Shown here: positions 14,113 through 24,626 of the stretch, piece after piece
Numbering within the stretch: position 1 is the stretch's first letter
Layout: every line of letters begins with the position of its first letter
Source of the DNA: Alphaproteobacteria bacterium
GTDB taxonomy: Bacteria; Pseudomonadota; Alphaproteobacteria; UBA828
Reading direction: 5' to 3'
DNA: 64,000 bases
Assembly: GCA_963422645.2 (NCBI GenBank)
Contig: CAXXVO010000009.1
Span: 384,001 to 448,000 of the forward strand
Program-made: the position numbers and the translations under genes
The notes under the pieces: model-generated
What the model was told of the DNA's origin: nothing
Database searches by the model: none
The model's input: the letters and a program-made list of their open reading frames with translations, nothing else

Positions 14113-15549
14113 ATGAAAATCCCGCTGACCTGCCTCGGCTTGAGTGCCGCGCTCGCGCTCGCCGCTTGCTTCCACCGAACGGACGAGCCCTCTGTTCGGG
14201 ACATTCCCGACCTGCCGCTGCAAACCCCGCCTCAGGCGGGTCAGGCGCCCGTCGTGGCGCTCGGGGACAGGGTCCATGTCGGCGCCGACGTTGCGCCGCC
14301 GGCCGACGCGCTGCCGGAGGCTGCCCTTCATGGCGACACCAGTGTCTCACACGGCTCGGTGCGAGACGGCGTCGGCGCTACCGAGTTGATTGCCTACCTG
14401 GAGGCGGACTCTCGCCCGCCTCAGAGCGGGGAAGAGGAATACGGCATGCCCGCCGATACGATTCTCGAGGTTCCGGTCCTGCGCTTCGGCATGGCGCCGC
14501 CGACGATGCGGGTCGCGGATGGCACGCCGCCGAACCTGGTCGACGAGACGGTTCGCGCGATCCAGGTGATCAACGCGGCTCTGCCCCGGGACTGGCGGCT
14601 CGGGTTCAGCCCGGACCCTGCGCCCGCCGGCGCCATCCAGCCCCCGAACGGCGAAATCCTCGTGACGTTTGCCCGACAGGAGGACTGGCCGACGGAAGTC
14701 ATGCCGCCGGACGGCGAGGGCATCGGGTTGGCGGAACCGCTCTACACGGTGGTGCAAACCGGGGACCCCGCGGTGCCCCTCAGGTTCGAAATCGCCGCGG
14801 GGCGGGTCTTCGTGGATCACACCCGAACCACGGGCCTCGAGCGGCTCGGCGTCATCGCGCACGAGATCATTCACCTGCTCGGCCGAAACCATGTCGACCC
14901 GGAACGCTTCCCGGAAACGATCATGGTGGGGGGCGGCAGCGAGGAGCTGACGGAGCACATTCTTCACCCGCTCGACCGCGAGGCCCTCCTCGCGGCGTAT
15001 GGCCGCCTGGAGCCGGAAACCCTGCCGGGCGACCTCGCATCCGAACTGGGAGACTGGTCCGACACCTCCCTGCACGTGCGCGGCGCGGTTGACATTGGGG
15101 ACGGCGAGATCGCGTTCGGCGCCGCGTTGAGGAACGGGCTGGCGCAGCCCTGGGCCTCCGGGCCATCGCCACACACCGCGCTCGCGGACAACGCCGAGCT
15201 CTCCGGCAGCGTCAGCTGGTCCGGCCGCCTGCTGGGCCTCACGCCGGACGCCGAGGCCGTCGCCGGCGCCGCCGCCCTCTCGGTCGATCTGCCGACGCTG
15301 GCCGGCAGGGCGGACTTTACGGCGCTGGAGCAATGGGCGGCCGATCTGGCGCCGGGCGATATGGGGACCGGCGCCATGTGGCACGACGGCGACCTCAGCT
15401 ACACCATCGAGGTGCACGGCAACACCTTCGTGCAGACCGGCGGCGACGACGGCACCGTGACGGGCGCGTTCTTCGGCCCGGCCCACGAGGGCATGGGCGG
15501 CGTGCTCGAACGCGACGACCTGAGCGCAGGCTTCGGCGGAAACCGCTAG
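14113..15549 (+). CDS. Lipoprotein with metzincin-type Zn-protease motif and C-terminal TbpB-like beta-barrel
   Basis: Lipobox LAAC; HEIIHLLGRNH followed by ETIM; C-terminus VTGAFFGPAHEGMGGVLERDDLSAGFGGNR. Confidence 0.75.
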   Translation: MKIPLTCLGLSAALALAACFHRTDEPSVRDIPDLPLQTPPQAGQAPVVALGDRVHVGADVAPPADALPEAALHGDTSVSHGSVRDGVGATELIAYLEADSRPPQSGEEEYGMPADTILEVPVLRFGMAPPTMRVADGTPPNLVDETVRAIQVINAALPRDWRLGFSPDPAPAGAIQPPNGEILVTFARQEDWPTEVMPPDGEGIGLAEPLYTVVQTGDPAVPLRFEIAAGRVFVDHTRTTGLERLGVIAHEIIHLLGRNHVDPERFPETIMVGGGSEELTEHILHPLDREALLAAYGRLEPETLPGDLASELGDWSDTSLHVRGAVDIGDGEIAFGAALRNGLAQPWASGPSPHTALADNAELSGSVSWSGRLLGLTPDAEAVAGAAALSVDLPTLAGRADFTALEQWAADLAPGDMGTGAMWHDGDLSYTIEVHGNTFVQTGGDDGTVTGAFFGPAHEGMGGVLERDDLSAGFGGNR

Positions 15550-15816
15550 AGCGTCTTGTCGCTCACGGCAGCCGGCCGTTCTGCGATCTCGCGCGCCTAC
15601 CGGCGCGACTGGCCGCACCATGGTGCGGTGCAGGGCGAACATCGTTTGCGCCATCATCGGGCCATGGGAGAGCAAAAACACCCCCGTCTTGCCCCGGCCT
15701 TCTCCGCCGCTTATCGCGTGCCGCTCAGGCTCCGGAGAGGGGGACGGGAGGAGATGGGCTCGTCGTCTGCGTCACTCTATTGTCGCGCGCCTGCGCGCGA
15801 CTCAAACGCGGGTGAC

Positions 15817-15883
15817 ATCCCAGTTATCCCGCTTATCCCACTTAGTCCCACTTATCCCAGTTAATCCCGGGGAATCCCGCCGT
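15817..15883. repeat. Tandem array of seven 9-10-bp units (ATCCCRNTT-like)
   Basis: atcccagtt atcccgctt atcccactt agtcccactt atcccagtta atcccgggga atcccgccgt. Confidence 0.85.
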
Positions 15884-16028
15884 AATTTTTCGAATTTTCC
15901 CGCGCGCTTGATCGACCGGAGCGGGCGCCAATGCATGATGCTGGCCGTGGCCACGGTGAGAAGTGCGCACTGATGCGGCCGGGGCGGTCGGGTAGAGCCG
16001 CCCCGGCCGACAATGTCAGCGGCGCCGG

Positions 16029-17030
<1,002 letters not shown>

Positions 17031-17127
17031 TGGGGCATCCTCCGTCCAGTGACGGGTGGAATGTCGGATCTGCCGGGACGCAGCGCCAATCGCAATGCTT
17101 CAACTTGTCGTGACGTGGGGCGTCCCC

Positions 17128-17919
17128 TTACCGGGCCGCAGCCATCGCACGCTGGGCCATGACGCCCACCAGGTGCGCGCGGTACTCGGCGCTCGCGTGG
17201 ATGTCGGAATTGAGCCCCTCGGGGGAGAGCGCCGGCAAAGTCGCGTCGGGGTCCAGTCCACCGCTCAACGCAGCCTCCATGGCGGACGCGCGAAACACGC
17301 AGGGGCCCGCGCCGGTCACGGCGATGCGCACGCCCGACGCGGTCTCCGCCGCCATCACCCCGACAATTGCGTAGCGCGACGCGGGGTTCGGGAACTTCGC
17401 GTAACCGGCCTTGCCTGGCCGGGGGAATTGCACGGCGGTGACAATCTCGCCCTCGTCCAGCGCGGTCTCGAAGAGGCCGGTGAAGAAGTCGTCCGCCGCT
17501 ATGGCGCGCCGGTCGGTGACGACGGTGGCGCCGAGCCCGACCAGGGCGGCCGGATAATCCGCCGCCGGGTCGTTGTTGGCGATAGAGCCGCCGATGGTAC
17601 CCTTGTTGCGCACCTGCGGGTCGCCGATCTTGCCGGCGAGCGCGGCCAGCGCCGGGATCGCGCCCTGTACCTCGGCGGACTCCGCGACGGTCGCGTGAGG
17701 CGTCAGCGCGCCGATCTCGACGGCATCGTCATTCACGGAGATGCGGATCAGCTCCGTGAGGCCGGCGAGGTCGATCAGATCGGAGGGCGCCGCCAGGCGC
17801 TGCTTCATCGTCGGCAGCAGCGTGTGGCCGCCCGAGAGATAGGCGCCGTCGTCCGCGCTGTTGAAGGCAGCGACCGCGTCTTTCACAGATGTCGCACGAC
17901 GGTAGTTGAATGCATGCAT
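17128..17919 (-). CDS. CoxM/xanthine dehydrogenase family FAD-binding subunit
   Basis: GGHTLLPTMKQRLA, IGDPQVRNKGTIGGS, KFPNPASRYA. Confidence 0.9.
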   Translation of the reverse strand: MHAFNYRRATSVKDAVAAFNSADDGAYLSGGHTLLPTMKQRLAAPSDLIDLAGLTELIRISVNDDAVEIGALTPHATVAESAEVQGAIPALAALAGKIGDPQVRNKGTIGGSIANNDPAADYPAALVGLGATVVTDRRAIAADDFFTGLFETALDEGEIVTAVQFPRPGKAGYAKFPNPASRYAIVGVMAAETASGVRIAVTGAGPCVFRASAMEAALSGGLDPDATLPALSPEGLNSDIHASAEYRAHLVGVMAQRAMAAAR

Positions 17920-18050
17920 GGCGCCGTCTCCTTTCGAATCAGACTATGGCCTCAGCCCCGATTTGGCCAGAGAGCGGTCACGGCGATGTCGCCTTTTGGC
18001 GGGCCGGCCCTCACCCGCTACCATGAACCCTCAGGTGAGAGGAGGCGCCG

Positions 18051-18443
18051 GTGGTGATGCTCAGGCGCGCCCAGATCGTCAATCTGGTCGAGCACAGCTA
18101 CTACAGCAATATCGACTTCCGGCACCTCGGCACGGTGCTCGACTGCTTCGCCCACGACGCGGTGCTTTCGGTGGACGGCCAGAGCCACCGCGGCCGGGAC
18201 GGCGAGATCAAGCGGTATCTCGTGCAGATGCTGTCGGATTATCCCTCGATCCGGCACGAAGTGCTCGACCACGAGGTGGACGAGGCCGGGCAGCGCTCCA
18301 CCTGCCGCTTCACCCTCAAACTGGAAGACACCAAGGGGCACGCTCGGGAGACCAGCGGGCGGGCCGAGTTCCATCTGGGGAAGGGCAAGCTGGCAGCCGT
18401 CACAGTCGAGAGCGACAAATGCGAGACGCCGCTTGACACATGA
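18051..18443 (+). CDS. NTF2/SnoaL-like protein
   Basis: 130 aa, LDCFAHDAVL...HRGRDGEIKRY pattern; GAGGAGG RBS. Confidence 0.65.
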   Translation: MVMLRRAQIVNLVEHSYYSNIDFRHLGTVLDCFAHDAVLSVDGQSHRGRDGEIKRYLVQMLSDYPSIRHEVLDHEVDEAGQRSTCRFTLKLEDTKGHARETSGRAEFHLGKGKLAAVTVESDKCETPLDT

Positions 18444-18489
18444 CGGCGTTCCGTCTGTTCTCCAAGGGTCATAGAAGGCGGGGTGCGGC

Positions 18490-19134
18490 ATGGCTTCGGA
18501 TATCGACATCTACAAGACCCAGAACTTCGGCAACCGGCTCGGCTTCGGCGAGAAGGCCGCGCTGCTGATCGTCGACTTCGTCAACGGCTTCACCGACCCG
18601 GCGAAGTTCGGCGGCGGCAACATCCAGGAGGCGATCGACGCCACCGTGGGGCTGCTCGCCTTCTGCCGGGAGCGCGGCGTGCCGGTCGCGCACACCCGCG
18701 TCATCTTCGCCGACGATGCCGCGGACGCGAACATCATGTGTATGAAGGTGCCTTCGCTCACGGGGCTGACCGAGGACGCGCCGGAGAGCCAGATCGTCGA
18801 TTCGCTGGCGCCGCAACCGGGCGAGATCGTCGTGCGCAAGCGGGTGCCGTCGGCCTTCTTCGGCACCGACCTCGCGCCGGCCTTCGCCAGGATGCGGGTC
18901 GACACGGTGATGGTGGCGGGCTGCACCACCTCAGGCTGCGTGCGCGCGAGCGTGCTGGACGCCATGTGCCACGGCTTCCGCCCGGTGGTGATCAGCGATT
19001 GCGTCGGTGACCGCGCGCTCGGGCCCCACGAGGCCAACCTCTTCGACATGGGCCAGAAGTACGCGGACATTATCACCAGCGCCGAGGCCATCGCCGGGCT
19101 CTCGGGCGCGGTCGCGGCGCAAGCGGCCGAGTAG
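18490..19134 (+). CDS. Isochorismatase-family cysteine amidohydrolase
   Basis: ALLIVDF, KRVPSAFFGT, AGCTTSGCVRAS. Confidence 0.9.
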   Translation: MASDIDIYKTQNFGNRLGFGEKAALLIVDFVNGFTDPAKFGGGNIQEAIDATVGLLAFCRERGVPVAHTRVIFADDAADANIMCMKVPSLTGLTEDAPESQIVDSLAPQPGEIVVRKRVPSAFFGTDLAPAFARMRVDTVMVAGCTTSGCVRASVLDAMCHGFRPVVISDCVGDRALGPHEANLFDMGQKYADIITSAEAIAGLSGAVAAQAAE

Positions 19135-19143
19135 TCGCCGGCC

Positions 19144-20172
19144 GTGAAGGCGGTCGTCATCCGCGCCCACGGCGGCGTCGAGACCCTGCTCTACGAGGAG
19201 ATCGAGACGCCTGAGCCGGGGCCGGGCGAGGTCCTGGTGCGCATCCGGGCGAGCGGGATCAATCACCTCGACCATGACGTGCGCGAGGGTGCCTCGGGCA
19301 TCCCGGTGACCCTGCCGCACGTGCCGGGCTCCGAAGGCGTGGGCGAAGTAGCGGCCCTCGGCCCCGGCGTGAACGGCCCTGCGCCCGGCACCCGCGTCGC
19401 CATCGACTTCGCCCAGGGAGACCCCTTGTCCGAGCCCTGGCTGAGCGGCCTCGACGGCGTTGACTTTACCCACGGCCGCATCGGCGCGGGCCAATGGGGG
19501 ACGCACGCCGAGTACTGCGTCTCCCACGCACTGTCGGTGATCCCGCTGCCGGACAGCCTCTCCTTCGAGACCGCCGCCGCCGGTATGATCGGGCTCGGCA
19601 CGGCCTGGCACATGACGGTCGCGCTCGGCCGCGTGCAGGCGGGGCAGACCGTGCTGGTCAACGCCGCCGGCAGCGTGGTCGGCTCGTCGGCGATCCAGGT
19701 CGCGCTATTGCACGGCGCGCGGGTGATCGCGAGCGCAGGCTCCGCCGCCAAGCTGGAGAAAGCCAGGCAACTCGGCGCCGCCGAGACCATCGACTACACG
19801 CACCAGAGCATTCGCGACGAGGCGCTCAGGCTCACCCAGGGTCGCGGCGTCGATCTCGTGATCGAAAGCGTCGGCGGCGACGTGCTGCGCCAGAGCATCG
19901 ACGCGGTCTGCTTCAACGGCCGCCTCGTCACCTGCGGGGCCCACGCGGGCGAGGAAGTGCCGCTCAACGTGATCGAGCTCTTCCGCAAGCACATGACGAT
20001 CCACGGCAGCCACTTCGCCGGCCGGCGCGAGCTCGCGCACGTCTTCGCGTTGATGGCGGAGGGCCGGCTCGCGCCGGTGATCGATACCGTCTACCCCCTC
20101 GCCGAGATCCAGATAGCAGCGCGCCGCACCGCCGAGCGCGAGGTCTTCGGCAAGATGGTGCTGGTGCCTTAG
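19144..20172 (+). CDS. MDR-family (quinone oxidoreductase-like) dehydrogenase
   Basis: PEPGPGEVLVRI, LPHVPGSEGVG, VFGKMVLVP. Confidence 0.88.
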   Translation: MKAVVIRAHGGVETLLYEEIETPEPGPGEVLVRIRASGINHLDHDVREGASGIPVTLPHVPGSEGVGEVAALGPGVNGPAPGTRVAIDFAQGDPLSEPWLSGLDGVDFTHGRIGAGQWGTHAEYCVSHALSVIPLPDSLSFETAAAGMIGLGTAWHMTVALGRVQAGQTVLVNAAGSVVGSSAIQVALLHGARVIASAGSAAKLEKARQLGAAETIDYTHQSIRDEALRLTQGRGVDLVIESVGGDVLRQSIDAVCFNGRLVTCGAHAGEEVPLNVIELFRKHMTIHGSHFAGRRELAHVFALMAEGRLAPVIDTVYPLAEIQIAARRTAEREVFGKMVLVP

Positions 20173-20201
20173 CGCGTTTCCGTCGAACACGGAAACGCGC
20201 T
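20171..20201. terminator. Hairpin between convergent genes
   Basis: AGCGCGTTTCCGT-cgaac-ACGGAAACGCGCT. Confidence 0.6.
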
Positions 20202-20346
20202 CTCATTGTCGCTCACGGCAGCTGTCCGGCGGCCGGCGCCTCCGCGTCGCGCGTCCACGCGCGCGGACGCGCGATGGCGCCGCAGGAGCGGCGGGCCGCG
20301 GTCGCGGCCTGTCGCGAACCCGTTGGCGACGGGTTCGCTCCCGCCC

Positions 20347-21759
20347 CTACTTCGCCTTCCCCGCCTGGCCGCGCTTGAGGAACTGGCCGCCGCCCTCGCG
20401 GCCGAGCCATTCGCGGCCGTCGACAATCAGCTCGCCGCGCAGGAACACCTTGCTCACCCGGCCGGTAATCTCGCGGCCCTCGAAGAGCGAGTATTCGACC
20501 CGGCTGTGATGCTCGGCAGCACGGACGGTCCAGGTCTCGTCCGGGTCGAAGAGCACGATGTCGGCGTCGGAGCCCACCGCGATCGTGCCCTTGCGCGGGA
20601 AGAGGCCGAAGAGCTTCGCCGGCGCCGTCGCCGTCAGCTCGACATAGCGGTTGAGCGACATGCCGTTGCGCCGCACGCCGCCGTCGTAGACGAGCGGCAT
20701 GCGGGTCTCGAGCCCGGGTGCGCCGTTGGGGATCTTGCTGAAGTCGTCGCGGCCGAGCTCCTTCGAGAGGCGCAGGCCCAGCACGTTCTCGCTGAAGCAG
20801 AAGGGGCAATGGTCGGTGGCGATGACCTGGAGGTCGTCGGTCTTGAGTCCGCGCCAGAGCGCGTGCTGATGCGCGGCGCCCCGGAGCGGCGGCGTCATCA
20901 CGAACTTCGCAGCTTCGAAACCCGGCCGGTCGTATTCCTCGTCGGTGAGGAAGAGATAGTGCGGGCAGGTCTCGGCGTGAACCGGGAGCCCGCGATCGCG
21001 CGCCTCCGTCACGGCGTCCAGCGCCTCGCCCGCCGAGAGGTGCACGATATAGACCGGCGCCTCCGCGAGTTCCGCAATACGGATGACCCGGTGCGTTGCC
21101 TCGCCCTCCATGAGCGTCGGGCGGGTCAGCATGTGCCACTTGGGGCTGGTGTTGCCGGCCTCGAGCGCTTCCTGCACGAGCACGTCGATCACGTGCCCGT
21201 TCTCTGCATGGATCTGCACCATCCCGCCGTGGGCGCCCACCTGGCGCATCGTCTTGAAGATCTGGCCGTCGTCGATCATCAGCACGTCGGGATACGCGGT
21301 GAAGAGCTTGAAGGTGCTGACGCCTTCGTCGTGGATCAGGCTCTTCATGTCGACCAGGGTCTGGTCGTTCACCTCGGTGATGATCATGTGGGCGCCCATA
21401 TCGACGGCGGCGACCGAGGCGCGCTCGTGCCAGTCGGCCAGGCCGGCGTGCGGGCTCGTCCCCTTCACCTGGGCGGCGAAGTCCACGACCGTGGTGGTGC
21501 CGCCGAAGGCCGCGGCCTGGGAGCCGGTATAGAAGGTGTCCGCCGTGCGCGCCGGCCCAAAATCCCAGTCGAGGTGCGTGTGCACGTCGACGCCGCCGGG
21601 CAGCACGAGCAAGCCCTGCGCGTCGTGCTCGGGAATCCCGTCGCCGACGGGCAAGCCTGTGCCGATCATGCGGACGCGGCCGTCTTCCATCAGAATGTCG
21701 GCCTTGTAGTCGTCCACTGCGGTTACGATCCGCCCGTTCCGAATTAGGGTCGCAGTCAT
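20347..21759 (-). CDS. hydA: Dihydropyrimidinase / D-hydantoinase
   Basis: PGGVDVHTH, HAENG, ETCPHYL, ATDHCPF, KIPNGAPG. Confidence 0.92.
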   Translation of the reverse strand: MTATLIRNGRIVTAVDDYKADILMEDGRVRMIGTGLPVGDGIPEHDAQGLLVLPGGVDVHTHLDWDFGPARTADTFYTGSQAAAFGGTTTVVDFAAQVKGTSPHAGLADWHERASVAAVDMGAHMIITEVNDQTLVDMKSLIHDEGVSTFKLFTAYPDVLMIDDGQIFKTMRQVGAHGGMVQIHAENGHVIDVLVQEALEAGNTSPKWHMLTRPTLMEGEATHRVIRIAELAEAPVYIVHLSAGEALDAVTEARDRGLPVHAETCPHYLFLTDEEYDRPGFEAAKFVMTPPLRGAAHQHALWRGLKTDDLQVIATDHCPFCFSENVLGLRLSKELGRDDFSKIPNGAPGLETRMPLVYDGGVRRNGMSLNRYVELTATAPAKLFGLFPRKGTIAVGSDADIVLFDPDETWTVRAAEHHSRVEYSLFEGREITGRVSKVFLRGELIVDGREWLGREGGGQFLKRGQAGKAK

Positions 21760-22061
21760 CCTCGCCTCCCCCGGGGCGCAGACGGCCCCTCAGTCCCTGC
21801 CTGCCCATCATGCCGCGCCGGCCGGCACCCGTCCACGGCTTGCCACGGCTGCGGCCGCACCCACCGTGATAGGGTGATTGGACTGGAGGCATAACGGTGC
21901 ATCTACTAACATCCAACTAACTCGGTGCACCCTGAGGGACTGGTCAGGGTCTTGGGCGCCACACTCCCGACCCGAAAGACATTCCCGGTCAGACCATCCG
22001 GGTGACCGATAAGCCGGGGACAACGCGCGTCGGCATCGACGCGAAACACGGGAGACTGACA

Positions 22062-23645
22062 ATGACCATCGAGCAAAAGCTTCGGGAACTGGCGACCAAG
22101 AGCGGCATGACCCGTCGCGGCTTCATGCAGCGTGCACTCGCGCTCGGCGCGACAACGGCGCTCGCCACGACCTTGGCCAACCAGACCTTCGCCGCGGAAC
22201 CAAAGAATGGAGGCCGCTTCAGGTGCGGCCTTGGGCACGGGGCGACCTCGGATTCGCTGGATCCGGCGACGTTCCTCGACCTCTACATGCAGACCGTGAA
22301 CGCCAGCGCGCGGAACAACCTGACCGAGGTGGCCCAGGACGGCAGCCTGATCCCAGAGTTGGCCGAGAGCTACGACACCGCTGACGCCACGACGTGGCAG
22401 TTCAACCTGCGCCAGGGCGTCGAGTTCCACAACGGCAAGACGATGGACGCGAACGACGTCATGGCGTCCATCAGCCACCATCGCGGCGATACGTCTAAGT
22501 CGCCCGCCAAGGAGCTGCTCAAGTCCATCGTCGAGATGAAGGCGGAGGGCGCGAACGCGGTGGTCTTCACGCTGAGCGAGGGCAACGCGGACTTCCCGTT
22601 CATCCTGAGCGACTATCACATTCCGATCATGCCGGTGTCCGAGCACGGGGTGGATTGGCAGTCCGGCACCGGCACGGGCGCCTACGTGCTGGAGAGCTTC
22701 GAGCCCGGCGTGCGCTCCACGCTGAAGCGCAACCCCAACTTCTTCAAGGAAGGGTTCGGACACTTCGACGAGGTGGAGATCATCACCGTCGCCGACGTGG
22801 CGGCGCGCACCAACGCGCTGACCACCGGCGAGATCGACGCCATGGACCGGGTCGATCTCAAGACCGCGCACCTGCTGGAGCGCCAGGAGGGCGTGAGGCT
22901 GGTCGAGACCAGCGGCACGCAGCACTTCACCTTCACGATGCGCTGCGACACGCCGCCCTTCGACAACGTCGACGTCCGGCTCGCGCTGAAACACGCGATC
23001 GATCGCGAAGCCATCGTCAGGACGATCCTGCGCGGTCACGGCACTCTCGGCAACGACCATCCGATCAGCTCGTCCAACCGCTATCACGCCGGCAACCTCG
23101 CGCAGCGGGCGTACGATCCCGACAAGGCGAAGCACCACCTCAAGCAGGCGGGCATGGAGGGCCTTTCGATCGACCTCAGCGCTGCGGACGCGGCGTTTGC
23201 GGGCGCGGTCGACGCGGCAGTGCTCTACAAGGAGCATGCGGCCGCGGCCGGCATCAACATCAACGTGGTGCGCGAACCGGACGACGGCTACTGGTCCAAC
23301 GTCTGGATGGTGAAGCCCTACTGCGCAGTCTACTGGGGCGGACGCCCGACCGAGGACTGGATGTTCTCGGTCGCCTACGCGTCGGACGCGGCGTGGAACG
23401 ACAGCTTCTGGAATCACGACATGTTCAACCAGTTGCTGGTCGCAGCCAGGTCCGAGTTGGACGAGGCGACGCGGCGCAGCATGTACGAGGAGATGCAGTC
23501 GATCGTCAGTGACGACGGCGGCGTCCTCATCCCCATGTTCGCCAACTACGTCATGGGCCTCTCCGACAAGGTCGGGCACGGCCAGATAGCGGCGAACTGG
23601 TCGATGGACGGCTTCAAGTGCGCCGAGCGCTGGTGGTTCGTCTAG
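22062..23645 (+). CDS. Dpp/Opp-family ABC substrate-binding protein (Tat signal)
   Basis: MTRRGFM twin-arginine; SBP_bac_5 motifs; GGGAGA RBS before ATG 22062. Confidence 0.92.
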   Translation: MTIEQKLRELATKSGMTRRGFMQRALALGATTALATTLANQTFAAEPKNGGRFRCGLGHGATSDSLDPATFLDLYMQTVNASARNNLTEVAQDGSLIPELAESYDTADATTWQFNLRQGVEFHNGKTMDANDVMASISHHRGDTSKSPAKELLKSIVEMKAEGANAVVFTLSEGNADFPFILSDYHIPIMPVSEHGVDWQSGTGTGAYVLESFEPGVRSTLKRNPNFFKEGFGHFDEVEIITVADVAARTNALTTGEIDAMDRVDLKTAHLLERQEGVRLVETSGTQHFTFTMRCDTPPFDNVDVRLALKHAIDREAIVRTILRGHGTLGNDHPISSSNRYHAGNLAQRAYDPDKAKHHLKQAGMEGLSIDLSAADAAFAGAVDAAVLYKEHAAAAGININVVREPDDGYWSNVWMVKPYCAVYWGGRPTEDWMFSVAYASDAAWNDSFWNHDMFNQLLVAARSELDEATRRSMYEEMQSIVSDDGGVLIPMFANYVMGLSDKVGHGQIAANWSMDGFKCAERWWFV

Positions 23646-23669
23646 GTTAGCGAGCCGCCCTATGGCGGC

Positions 23670-24626
23670 ATGATCCAAATCGTCATCATGGTGGCCCAGC
23701 GCTTTGCGCTGGGCCTCCTCACCCTTTTCGCCGTCTCGCTGATCATATTCCTCGGCGTCGAGCTGTTGCCGGGAGACATCGCCCAGGCTCTCCTGGGCCA
23801 GGGAGCGACCGAGGAGACGGTCGCCGCGTTTCGCAGAGAGCTCGGGCTAAACCTGCCGCCGCACGAGCGCTATATCGACTGGCTCGGCGGCATCCTGCAG
23901 GGCGATCTCGGTAAATCCCTCGCCAACAAGCGCGAGATTGCCGAGCTCATCGGCGTGCGGCTCGAGAACACGTTGTTTCTCGCCTTCATCAGCGCGGTCA
24001 TCTCGATACCGCTCGCGCTCGCCTTGGGGATTCTGGCTGCGCTCTACCGCAACACGTTCTACGACCGCGCGGTCAACGTCTTCACGCTGTCATCGATCTC
24101 CTTTCCCGAGTTCTTCGTTGCCTACATCCTGATCCTGGTCATGGCGGTTCATCTCGGGTGGTTCCCGAGCATCTCCAACATCGGCCAGGAACTGGGGATT
24201 TGGGAGCGGGTCTACCGCACCGTGCTCCCGGCGCTGACGCTGACGCTGGTGGTGGTCGCGCACATGATGCGGATGACGCGCGCCGCGATCATCAACCTGC
24301 TGGCCAGTCCCTACATCGAGATGGCGACCCTCAAGGGCCTCTCGCGCGGGCGCATCATCGTCAAACACGCGCTCCCCAATGCGCTTGCACCGATCATCAA
24401 CGTCGTCGTGATCAATCTCGCCTACCTGGTGGTGGGCGTCGTCATCGTCGAGGTTGTCTTCGTTTATCCGGGGCTGGGGCAGCTCCTCATCGACGCCGTG
24501 CGCGCGCGCGACCTGCCGGTCGTGCAGGCCACAGGACTGCTCTTCGCTGCCGCCTACATCCTGCTCAACCTGACCGCGGACGTGCTGTCGATCACGACGA
24601 ACCCGCGGCTCCTGCATTCGCGCTAG
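23670..24626 (+). CDS. ABC transporter permease (DppB-like)
   Basis: LPGD, GDLGKS, KHALPNA, YPGLG, RDLPVVQ. Confidence 0.93.
   Translation: MIQIVIMVAQRFALGLLTLFAVSLIIFLGVELLPGDIAQALLGQGATEETVAAFRRELGLNLPPHERYIDWLGGILQGDLGKSLANKREIAELIGVRLENTLFLAFISAVISIPLALALGILAALYRNTFYDRAVNVFTLSSISFPEFFVAYILILVMAVHLGWFPSISNIGQELGIWERVYRTVLPALTLTLVVVAHMMRMTRAAIINLLASPYIEMATLKGLSRGRIIVKHALPNALAPIINVVVINLAYLVVGVVIVEVVFVYPGLGQLLIDAVRARDLPVVQATGLLFAAAYILLNLTADVLSITTNPRLLHSR

Noticed and set aside
15817-15883. Arrays here and at 44461-44564 as CRISPR
   Set aside because: Units are 9-10 bp with no spacers, and there are no cas genes in the window.
15556-15973. ORFs 15556..15864, 15620..15973 and 44372..44656 as proteins
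   Set aside because: No RBS or recognisable domain, and no peptide similarity between the two element copies.
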